Shown one piece after another: positions 56,157 to 64,000 of a DNA stretch of 64,000 bases. The stretch covers positions 128,001-192,000 of the forward strand of contig CAVYKI010000003.1 of NCBI GenBank assembly GCA_963769025.1, in the 5' to 3' direction. The DNA is from an uncultured Verrucomicrobiae bacterium (GTDB lineage: Bacteria; Verrucomicrobiota; Verrucomicrobiia; Chthoniobacterales; Chthoniobacteraceae). A model generated the notes under the pieces. It was given only the letters and a program-made list of their open reading frames with translations, ran no database searches and had not been told where the DNA came from. The number at the start of each line of letters is the position of its first letter. Positions within the stretch are counted from its first letter, which is position 1. A program made the translations under genes and the position numbers.

Positions 56157-56774
56157 TCAGGCGGTGGGCGCGGCCAGTCCGGCGGTGAAGAGGCTCACGC
56201 ATGTGGCCACATATTCCTGCGCCGCGTAACCATCGACGCACTCGGCAGTGTCGCGGAGCATCCCGCCGAGGAGCATCCCGGTGAAAGCATCGGCGGCAAT
56301 CGCGAGATCCACGCCCCGCCGCACCTGACCGGCTTTGCGCGCTGCCTCCAGATTGGCGATAAAACGCGTCCGCTCCGGCTTCACCGCATCCATGATGATT
56401 TTTTTCGCCTGCTCGGGATACCGCCGCGCCTCGCCGATCATCGTGCGGATCAGCGGCTCATCCCGCACCAGCATGGCGTAAAAACTGTCCGCATAGCGCC
56501 GCAGATTCGTCTTCAGATTGCCGGACCACTCCGCCTCGTCGCCGACCGCCGCTGCGTGCTGCTCGTCCACGATGGACTCCATGACCTCGGCGAGCAGCCG
56601 GTCCTTGTTTTGAAAGAGACGGAAAAGCGTGACCTCATTCACGTCCGCCTCCTTCGCGATGGCCCGTGTGGTGGCCCCCGGCAAGCCGTCGCGGGCGAAT
56701 ACGATTCTGGCGGCGACAAGCAGCCGCTCGCGGGCGGTCGCAGCGGGGGTGGAAAGTGCGGATTTGGTGTTCAT
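56157..56774 (-). CDS. TetR/AcrR family transcriptional regulator
   Basis: RERLLVAARIVFARDG...ATTRAIAKEADVNEVTLFRLFQNKDRLL HTH; first gene of the efflux operon. Confidence 0.93.
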   Translation of the reverse strand: MNTKSALSTPAATARERLLVAARIVFARDGLPGATTRAIAKEADVNEVTLFRLFQNKDRLLAEVMESIVDEQHAAAVGDEAEWSGNLKTNLRRYADSFYAMLVRDEPLIRTMIGEARRYPEQAKKIIMDAVKPERTRFIANLEAARKAGQVRRGVDLAIAADAFTGMLLGGMLRDTAECVDGYAAQEYVATCVSLFTAGLAAPTA

Positions 56775-56815
56775 GCAAGTGTGTGCTTGCATGCGTAAAG
56801 CAAGTGCGCGCTTGC
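56772..56815. promoter_or_regulatory. Two tandem palindromic operators, probably TetR autoregulation
   Basis: CATGCAAG-tgtgtg-CTTGCATG (56772-56793, overlapping the start codon) and GCAAG-tgcgcg-CTTGC (56800-56815). Confidence 0.75.
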
Positions 56816-56893
56816 GTAAAGGGGTTTCTCTCCCGCCCTCATCCGGATTTTGCTCCCGGAAAACCTTCGCCTCGAAGCGGCATCGTTTTGGCC

Positions 56894-57382
56894 ATGCGTG
56901 CCCCATCACGCGAAAGACCATTGCGTGCCTCCTTGCCGCACTTCTGGCCTTCGGAGCTGTCCCTTGCGCCTTTCTCGCCAAATTGGTCGGGAGGATGCCG
57001 TTGCGGAGACCAAAATCCTGCCGGCTACGGGGGAAATTTTGCCGCCGTTCGGCCTGAGTTGGGGGCGGAGGGGCTCAAGGTGGAAGAAGCGGTGAAGGCG
57101 GCGGGCGGCCGCGTAGGAGAGCGGCAGCCGTGGGTCCCGAGCCAGGAGCGCTGGACGGTCGAGGGAATTACGCGGGATGGACTGGAGCGGGTGCTTTTCT
57201 CGTTCAGGGCGGCGAAACTCCCTGGAGTGGAGCTGCAGTATGGGACGGCGGACTGGGACACAAAGCCGTATGACAATTTCATGCTCGCGGTGCGCGGGTC
57301 GCTGGCGGCGGAGCACTGGGGGCAGCTTTTCGTGCAGGAGCGCAAGCGGGATGCAGGTGCGCTCAAGACAATGCTGGGCTAG
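56894..57382 (+). pseudogene. Degenerate hypothetical exported-protein gene
   Basis: Signal-like KTIACLLAALLAFGAVPC, ILPPFGLSWG and the body ERWTVEG...VELQYG lie in three different frames; stops about 100 bp from the tmRNA 3' end. Confidence 0.4.
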
Positions 57383-57479
57383 ACGTGGTCGGGTCATCAC
57401 CTCCAAGAACATCTTCAAACGTGTTCCCATCTCCGTTCCGGCCCAAGAGTCAGTCACAAGTCCCTGATAATCAGAGAGC

Positions 57480-57837
57480 TGGAGGCGAGGGGAGTTGAAC
57501 CCCTGTCCTGAGAACTTTTGACACAAACATCTACACGCTTAGCCGTGCCATTAATTTAAGCCTCACGCTGCGGGCGGGCGCGCCACGCGAGGCCGGTCGT
57601 CCACGGATGAAGTCTCGCTCCCCGGCGCGGTCGCTCCGCCGGAAAGCCAGCCTGCTAGTCGTCGTCCCCGAGGCCTAGCAGGCGTCGGCTCGGGAACGTC
57701 ACAGCACTTAGGCTGCGAGGGCCAGTTCTTCGGTTTTGGCTTTTGTGTTTGTTGCCCAGGATTGGTAACGCGGCCAACCAGGCTTCCGCGGCATGCCGTC
57801 TGCGCCTCGAATTTTCAGTCGAAACCAGTACGCCCCC
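57480..57837 (-). ncRNA. ssrA: tmRNA
   Basis: 5' GGGGGCGTACTGGTTTCGAC; 3' GGACAGGGGTTCAACTCCCCTCGCCTCCA; internal tag ORF AKTEELALAA* at 57708-57740; 358 nt. Confidence 0.95.
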
Positions 57838-57984
57838 GTTATTTTTTGGGAGGCGTAGAGATTAGCCGACGTCGGGCGGCTTGCAACCGGCCATTTCAAA
57901 AAAGCCGCCGCCCGCCGAGTCCATCAGCAAAATGCGGATGCGTTGCCCCCGAAAAAGCCGCGCTCACCTGCCTCGGGATGCGCG

Positions 57985-59034
57985 CTACAGGCCGAGCGAG
58001 GACCGTGCCGCGAGGCAGCGGCGGTTGTTCATCTCCTCGGCAGCAAGGACGGCGGCAAGCGGCTCGCCGCTCACGTTCGGTGGTGCAGCTTTCGGCGGAT
58101 TTTGTGCGACTCGCGCAAGTGCGGTTTCGACGAGTTCGGGTCGGCGTCCGCCGAAGGTGGCCCAATACCTTTCATCCCGGCACGGCACGAGGAGCGGATC
58201 GCGCGTGGCCATCTCGATATTGAACGCGATCTGCGGATTCGCCTTCCGGAGCGTCGCCACCATGCGCGGCAGGTCGAGGAACCCGCTGCCGAACGGAACC
58301 TCGCTCAGCAAAAAACCATCCGGATGCGGCTGAAGCGCCATGTCCTTGAGGTGCACGCTCAAGGCAAAAGGCGCAAGCGTCTCCACCACGTGATGCGGTT
58401 CCTCGAGCAGCGCGATGTTGTTCCCCGTGTCCACCAGCGCGCCGATCCATTCGCTGCCCACCTTGCGCAGCAGCGCGGCGAGTTCCTCGCTCGTGTGATC
58501 CTTGTGGTTCTCGATCGCCATCCGCAGCCGGTGCTTTTTCAAAATCGGCTCGGCGAGTGCCAGCGAGCGCTCCGACTCCGCCTGGAAACGACGGAACTCC
58601 TCCAGCGTCCGGAAAATCTCGTACCGCCGCCCGCCCGTGAACACCGCGCGCGCCACCGTCGCTCCCGCCTCGCGCGCAAGCCTCACTTCGATTTCAAATG
58701 CATCCCGATCGGCAGCGGTTTTCGGCAACCGCATGTCCGCCTCGTAATAGCCGCCGTCGCTTTCCACGAGCGTGCGCATCGCTCTCGCGAATTCCGCATC
58801 GGCGCTCCGCAGACCGGTCTGCACTCCATCGGCGCCCAGTTCCCGCCCGTAGCGGTAAAAGCTGGGCGCGTCGGAAAATTTCACGGCAGCATTTTTCGCC
58901 GCCACCGCCCTCCATTGCTGATGACACGAAAAGCTGCAGATTCCCAAACGCGCCTGCGAAAGCCCATCCGCAGCCAGCAGCGCACGGACCGCAGCAAATG
59001 CAGGCAGCGTGGCAATGAAGGCGCGGCGTTTCAT
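57985..59034 (-). CDS. Sugar phosphate isomerase/epimerase (xylose-isomerase-like TIM barrel) with Tat-like signal
   Basis: MKRRAFI, AIENHKD, DTGNN, SVHLKD, FNIEM. Confidence 0.85.
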   Translation of the reverse strand: MKRRAFIATLPAFAAVRALLAADGLSQARLGICSFSCHQQWRAVAAKNAAVKFSDAPSFYRYGRELGADGVQTGLRSADAEFARAMRTLVESDGGYYEADMRLPKTAADRDAFEIEVRLAREAGATVARAVFTGGRRYEIFRTLEEFRRFQAESERSLALAEPILKKHRLRMAIENHKDHTSEELAALLRKVGSEWIGALVDTGNNIALLEEPHHVVETLAPFALSVHLKDMALQPHPDGFLLSEVPFGSGFLDLPRMVATLRKANPQIAFNIEMATRDPLLVPCRDERYWATFGGRRPELVETALARVAQNPPKAAPPNVSGEPLAAVLAAEEMNNRRCLAARSSLGL

Positions 59035-59266
59035 GACGGCAGGACCGCGACCCGCGCATCTCCCCCCGCGCGACAATGACGCCACGATGGCGTTCGCACT
59101 TCGGGATGTAAGCACTGTCTCATGCGCGGACACGCTAGCGGCGGTCGCACGTCAATTCGATGAATATCGCCCCAGCCGAATCGCATTCGGCTTCGGCTGC
59201 ACGCCCCGCGGTGCGGCGGCGATTCAGCGTTTGGCATTTCTCCCCCGCCCTGCCTACGTTCCCCGC

Positions 59267-59428
59267 GTGAAACCAATCCTCCTCTGCCTCGCCATCATCG
59301 TCGGATCATTGCTCACCGGCTGCACGAGCGGGAAGGGCAAATCGCGTTACCGGAATTACGAGGGGGACAGCAGCCCCGGCATCCGGATGCTGGAGGAAAA
59401 GCCGGGCTATCCGCTGAACACGCGCTGA
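59267..59428 (+). CDS. Small lipoprotein, 53 aa
   Basis: GTG start, MKPILLCLAIIVGSLLTGC with lipobox LTGC; ends 9 bp before rrf2. Confidence 0.6.
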   Translation: MKPILLCLAIIVGSLLTGCTSGKGKSRYRNYEGDSSPGIRMLEEKPGYPLNTR

Positions 59429-59437
59429 GCGCAGACG

Positions 59438-59881
59438 ATGCGAATCTCAAAAAAAGCCGAGTACGCGCTGCGGGCGCTGGTGGCCATGGCCCGGCCGCCT
59501 GCGCGCTCCTGGTCCATCCACGAACTCGCCTCGGGCGAACGCATCCCGATCAAATTCCTCGAGCAGATCCTGCTCTCGCTTCGCCGCGCGGGAATCCTGA
59601 ACAGCAAGCGCGGTGTCGGTGGCGGCTACACGCTGGTGCGCGCACCGGAGGAAATCCCCCTCGGCGAAGTCATCGCCGTTTTCGACGGCCCGCTCGCGCC
59701 CGTGCCCTGTGCCGCGGAACGCCCGACCGAGCGCTGCTCGTGTCCCGACCCGCGCACGTGCCCGCTGCGTCTGATGATGACCGGCGTCCGCCGCGACCTC
59801 GCCGCAATGCTCGAGGAACGCACGCTCGACGACATGCTGAAGCTCTCGCCCGGCACGCAGTCGCTGGCATTCGACATCTGA
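59438..59881 (+). CDS. Rrf2 family transcriptional regulator
   Basis: ISKKAEYALRAL, FLEQILLSL, SKRGVGGGYTL, Cys cluster PC...CSC...TC. Confidence 0.92.
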   Translation: MRISKKAEYALRALVAMARPPARSWSIHELASGERIPIKFLEQILLSLRRAGILNSKRGVGGGYTLVRAPEEIPLGEVIAVFDGPLAPVPCAAERPTERCSCPDPRTCPLRLMMTGVRRDLAAMLEERTLDDMLKLSPGTQSLAFDI

Positions 59882-59890
59882 CCGCCCGCC

Positions 59891-61306
59891 GTGGCCGACC
59901 TTTTCGACACCTCGGAAAGCACTTCCGATGCGACCGCAGCCGCCGCGCCGCTCGCGGAGCGGATGCGGCCGCGCACGCTCGATGAATTCGCCGGTCAGCA
60001 GCACATCCTCGGGCCGGGGAAATTGCTGCGCCGCGCGATCGAGGCGGACCGCATCGCGAGCGTCATCCTCTTCGGTCCTCCGGGGACTGGAAAGACCACG
60101 CTGGCGCAAATCATCGCCAACGCGACGAAGAGCCGCTTCGAGCGTCTGAGCGGCGTCGAGAGCAACATCGCGGACCTGCGCAAGGTCGTCGCATCCGCTG
60201 CGAACCGCCTCGCAAATACAGGGCAGAAGACGATCCTTTTCGTGGACGAAATCCACCGCTGGAACAAGGCGCAGCAGGATGTGCTGCTGCCGGATGTGGA
60301 GCGCGGCACGGTGCGGCTCATCGGCGCGACGACGGAGAATCCGTTCTTCTACGTGAACAGCGCGCTCGTCTCGCGCTCGCAGGTCTTCCAGCTCGAGCCG
60401 CTCGCGCCGGCGGACATCGCGTCCGTGTTGCGCCGTGCTCTCGCAGACACGGAGCGCGGAGTCGCAGCCGCGCTGGTGAGAGCGCGGCCTGATCTTCCGG
60501 AAAAAGATGTCCGCACTTCGACCAGACCACCCACAGTGATCGCGGACGACGACGCGCTCGCATTCCTCTCCACCATCGCGGACGGGGACGCGCGCAAGGC
60601 GCTGAACGCCCTCGAAATCGCAGCGCTCACCACGCCGCCAGACGCGGACTGGATTGTCCGCGTTACGCACGCCATCGCCGAGGAGAGCATCCAGAAAAAG
60701 GCCGTCGTGTATGACGCCACCGGCGACGGGCACTACGACACGATCTCCGCATTCATCAAAAGCGTGCGCGGTTCGGACCCGGACGCCGCTCTCTATTGGC
60801 TCGCGAAGATGCTCTACGCCGGCGAGGACATCCGATTCATCGCGCGGAGGCTCGTCATCCTCGCAAGCGAAGACATCGGCATGGCCGATCCGCAGGGGCT
60901 GCCCATCGCCGTCGCCGCACAGCAGGCTGTGCAATTCATCGGCATGCCCGAGGCGCGCATCACGCTCGCGCACGCGACCGTCTATCTCGCCACTGCGCCG
61001 AAATCCAACCGCGCCTACCTCGGCGTGGACAAGGCGATGGAGGAGGTGAAAAACGGCGTCACGCTCGCCGTGCCGCGCCATCTCCGCAGCACCGGCAGCA
61101 AGCGCGCCGCAAAAACTTTGGGCCACACCGGCTACCAGTATTCGCACGAAGGCGAAGGCGCCTACATCCCGCAGGCGTATCTTCCCGAGGGCCGCCGCTA
61201 TTACGATCCTTCGGAAAATGGCTACGAGAAACGCGTGAAGGAACGCCTCGACTATTGGCGCGCGCTCTTCGATCAAGCGAAGGGCGGAGGCACGGCGCCG
61301 CCATAG
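59891..61306 (+). CDS. rarA: Replication-associated recombination protein A (AAA+ ATPase)
   Basis: PLAERMRP, GPPGTGKTT, VDEIHR, GATTENP, HYDTISAFIKSVRGSDPDAA, ASEDIG. Confidence 0.95.
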   Translation: MADLFDTSESTSDATAAAAPLAERMRPRTLDEFAGQQHILGPGKLLRRAIEADRIASVILFGPPGTGKTTLAQIIANATKSRFERLSGVESNIADLRKVVASAANRLANTGQKTILFVDEIHRWNKAQQDVLLPDVERGTVRLIGATTENPFFYVNSALVSRSQVFQLEPLAPADIASVLRRALADTERGVAAALVRARPDLPEKDVRTSTRPPTVIADDDALAFLSTIADGDARKALNALEIAALTTPPDADWIVRVTHAIAEESIQKKAVVYDATGDGHYDTISAFIKSVRGSDPDAALYWLAKMLYAGEDIRFIARRLVILASEDIGMADPQGLPIAVAAQQAVQFIGMPEARITLAHATVYLATAPKSNRAYLGVDKAMEEVKNGVTLAVPRHLRSTGSKRAAKTLGHTGYQYSHEGEGAYIPQAYLPEGRRYYDPSENGYEKRVKERLDYWRALFDQAKGGGTAPP

Positions 61307-61387
61307 CTGCAAAGCGCAGCGGCGGGTCGCATGCCGCCGAGGAGTTCCGCGCTTGAACGGATGCCATTCGTGACGCGCTTTGCGGCT

Positions 61388-62692
61388 TCAAGAAAGCCGT
61401 GGCCGTAATTTGCTCAGCAGCGTCGGCGACAGATTCAGGTAGTAGCCGAGCAGAATCAGCTGGTGACGGAAAAAGGTACGCAACACACCTCCGGTCTGCC
61501 AGCGGCGGGCCGAAGTCCGCGCAGCTTCCGGCGTGATGACGATGCGGCCCAGGCGGCGCAACTGACGCACGAAATGCAGGTCTTCGAGGATGGGCCAGTC
61601 GGGGAATCCGCCTTGCGCATTGAAAATGGAGCGGCGCAGGAACAGCCCCTGATCGCCATAGGGCGTCTGACGTGCGGCGCAGCGCAGGGCGACGAGCTTT
61701 TCGACGATTCGCCTGCCCGTGACATTTTCGCGCAGCGCAAAACGGAACGCTCCCGCTGCGACTCCGGCCCGGTCCAACAGGCCGGCGATGACCTGGCAGA
61801 AGTTCACCGGCGGGTCGGTGTCGGCGTGGAGAAAGAGCAGATGCTCGCCGCGCGCGGCCTTGGCCGCTGCATTCATCTGACGGGCGCGGCCCCGCTCGCA
61901 GGGGATGAGGTGCGCGCCGTGCGATTCCGCGACGCGCGCGGTGGTGTCCGCGCTGCCGCCGTCGGCGATGAGGATTTCGAGCGGCTGCGCGGCTTGGAGC
62001 ATGGGCAGCAGTCGCGTGAGATTGCCGGCCTCGTTCAGCGTCGGGACGATGACGGAAACGGCGCGCCCCTGCGACAGCGCTGCATCGGCATCTTGCAGAT
62101 CGATGGGCCGATCGACATCCGGCAAGACCGGCAGCAGCGCAGCGCTGACCTCGTGCTGGCGCGCGCGTTTGAGCGACTCGGCGAGGACTTCATCCGTGCT
62201 CCACGGCATCGTTTCAAACAGGGCAGGCATCGGCCGATCCAAGCCGACGAGGTAATAGCCGCCATCCTGCGCGGGACCGAAGACGACGGGTGATTGCTGC
62301 AACGTCCGGCGCGCCTCGCCGATGCGTGTTTCATCGAGTCGCGGACAGTCGGTGCCGATGACGATGACGTTGCGCGCGCCCGCGTCGAACTCGCGCTGGA
62401 TGCACCGGTTCATCCGCTGGCCGAGATCGCCGTCGCCTTGCGGCACGAAGTCGAGCGGGCCCAGCCACGCGCGCATGTCGGCTTCGCTGCCACCTTCGTA
62501 CGCGATGCGGAGGCGCAGCGATCTGTCGGACGCGGAGCACGCCCACGCGCGGCCCACCGTGTGCCGGGTCATGCGCCGCTGGAGCTCCGCCGCGCCCGCT
62601 TCGCCGAGCTGCGGGATGAGCCGCGTCTTCGCGTTGCCGGCGACTGGCAGGCGCGTGAAGACGATCAGGCTGTCGTGCGTCGCGAGACTCAC
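61388..62692 (-). CDS. Fusion of TIGR04282-type (DUF2064) and TIGR04283-type (GT2) glycosyltransferases
   Basis: N-half AKTRL, QGDGDLGQRM, IGTDCP, GPAQDGGYYLVG, DVDRPIDL; C-half SVIVPTLNEA, DGGSAD, GRARQMN, FLHAD, YGDQGLF, TSARRW. Confidence 0.85.
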   Translation of the reverse strand: MSLATHDSLIVFTRLPVAGNAKTRLIPQLGEAGAAELQRRMTRHTVGRAWACSASDRSLRLRIAYEGGSEADMRAWLGPLDFVPQGDGDLGQRMNRCIQREFDAGARNVIVIGTDCPRLDETRIGEARRTLQQSPVVFGPAQDGGYYLVGLDRPMPALFETMPWSTDEVLAESLKRARQHEVSAALLPVLPDVDRPIDLQDADAALSQGRAVSVIVPTLNEAGNLTRLLPMLQAAQPLEILIADGGSADTTARVAESHGAHLIPCERGRARQMNAAAKAARGEHLLFLHADTDPPVNFCQVIAGLLDRAGVAAGAFRFALRENVTGRRIVEKLVALRCAARQTPYGDQGLFLRRSIFNAQGGFPDWPILEDLHFVRQLRRLGRIVITPEAARTSARRWQTGGVLRTFFRHQLILLGYYLNLSPTLLSKLRPRLS

Positions 62693-63414
62693 GGCTTCGC
62701 ATCCTTCGCAGATGCATCGGGTGCGAGCCCCGCATCGGCAATCGCCTTTTTGGTCATGCGCGTGATGAAGACCGTCACGGCGATGGTGGCGAGCAGCCCC
62801 ACGCCATACAGCGTCCATTCCAGCGGCGTCTTCCCTTCTCCCTTCGCACCGGCGCGGGCCAGCGAGCCGAGATACACATACAACACGGTGGCCGGCAGCA
62901 TGGCGATCCACGAGGCGAGGACGTAGTGGAAAAATTTCACCCGCGTGAGTCCGAATGCGTAGTTCAGCAGCGTGAACGGGAAAGCCGGCGAGAGGCGGGC
63001 GAGCGCCACGAACTTCCAGCCGCTCTGACCCAAGGCGCGATCCAGCGCGGCGAATGAAGGCCGCCGGGCGATCCGCGCGGCGACGGCGTCACGCGCGATG
63101 AATCGGCCCACGAGAAAGGCCGCCGCAGCGCCTGCGGTCGAAGCGATGGAAACGATGGCCGTGCCCTTTGCCACGCCAAACAACGTCCCCGCCGCCAGCG
63201 TAAGGGCCGAGCCGGGGACCATCAGCACCGTGGCCACGATGTAGCACGCGATGAAGACCACCGGGCCCCACGGCCCGAGTCTCTCGACAATGCCGATCGC
63301 GCCGTTCAGCCACGCCTTGGGATCACCGAAGACGAATGCGGCGATGACGATCAGGATGAAGCCGACACCTATGGCGATCTTGCCGCGCACAGACGATGGA
63401 GGAGAGGCGGACAT
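62689..63414 (-). CDS. TVP38/TMEM64 (DedA/SNARE-associated) membrane protein
   Basis: PGSALTLAAGTLFG, RLSPAFPFTLLNYAFGLT; GTGA overlap with the glycosyltransferase. Confidence 0.9.
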   Translation of the reverse strand: MSASPPSSVRGKIAIGVGFILIVIAAFVFGDPKAWLNGAIGIVERLGPWGPVVFIACYIVATVLMVPGSALTLAAGTLFGVAKGTAIVSIASTAGAAAAFLVGRFIARDAVAARIARRPSFAALDRALGQSGWKFVALARLSPAFPFTLLNYAFGLTRVKFFHYVLASWIAMLPATVLYVYLGSLARAGAKGEGKTPLEWTLYGVGLLATIAVTVFITRMTKKAIADAGLAPDASAKDAKP

Positions 63415-63520
63415 GATCGCGAGGGTGAGTTACCGTTTGTTCAGCGACAAGTGATGGCAGGCGCAATCAACGTCCGGCCCATGGCATCAGCGGACGGCGC
63501 GAAAAGGCAACCGGGAGCGT

Positions 63521-64000
63521 TCATGATTTCGGATTCTTGAAAGGCGTGACTGTCATGCCCTTGAGGTCTTGATGCTGCGGAGCATCCCACTCATCGAGGC
63601 CGAACTGGATCCCGTGCGGCTCATGGCGGAGCCGGAAGCTGCGGAACAGCCGGTCCCAGATGGAAAGCAGCGAGGAGTAGTTGGAGTCAGTCTCCGGCTG
63701 CAGGCGCGAGTGGTGCACCTTGTGCATGAACGGCGTCACAATCACCGCGCGCAGCCAGCGGTCGATCCGTGGTGGGACGGCGATGTTCGCATGGTGGAAT
63801 TGCACGACGGCAAACATCAGCATTTCGTAGAGGGCCAGTTCCTCGAGGCGCATCCCGATGAGCGCGATCACCGGGATGCGCAGGATGGATGACATGACGA
63901 TCTCCCCCGGATGAAAGCGGTTCGCAGTGGTGACATCCATGTGCGGATCCGAGTGGTGCATGCGATGGAAGCGCCAGAGGAAGGGCATGCGATGGTTCAG
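63521..64000 (-). CDS. Sterol desaturase / fatty acid hydroxylase family protein (5' end outside window)
   Basis: His boxes LWRFHRMHHSD, FHHAN, HKVHH; DSNYSS, WDRLF. Confidence 0.88.
   Translation of the reverse strand: MNHRMPFLWRFHRMHHSDPHMDVTTANRFHPGEIVMSSILRIPVIALIGMRLEELALYEMLMFAVVQFHHANIAVPPRIDRWLRAVIVTPFMHKVHHSRLQPETDSNYSSLLSIWDRLFRSFRLRHEPHGIQFGLDEWDAPQHQDLKGMTVTPFKNPKS

Noticed and set aside
57708..57899. 63-aa ORF ending ELALAA as a protein gene
   Set aside because: It is the tmRNA tag reading frame extended upstream by chance

Overview
High-GC bacterial chromosomal window, most likely Verrucomicrobiota. This placement is inferred from the RpoC N-terminus, the PSD1/DUF1549-DUF1553 and DUF1501 genes, and the tmRNA tag ending ELALAA. 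Many genes are broken by single-base indels, including essential rpoC, so these are read as long-read or mixed-strain assembly errors rather than true pseudogenes. Contents in order: rpoB end and rpoC; an hsp20 / secreted tandem-hsp20 / gspE-like operon; PduO-type adenosyltransferase; PSD1 cytochrome protein; pfkA; D,D-carboxypeptidase; ABC exporter; a sigma-54 unit of two 58-59 aa paralogs missed by the ORF track; a PSD1-DUF1501 pair; Hsp70-like protein; gdh; fbaA; HD hydrolase; GH63-like glucosidase; an ~18 kb redox cluster; TetR-RND efflux; tmRNA; Rrf2-rarA; and a fused TIGR04282/TIGR04283-type glycosyltransferase operon. The best candidate for an undescribed system is the redox cluster (34013-51751). 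It encodes an NADH-binding NuoEF fusion, an Fe-S protein with two cyclic-nucleotide-binding domains, a diheme-b-like membrane protein, two decaheme and one tetraheme c-type cytochromes, an outer-membrane beta-barrel and a secreted GlcG/FG-GAP protein. Together these suggest a possibly cNMP-regulated trans-envelope electron conduit. All family calls come from motif recognition; no database searches were run.
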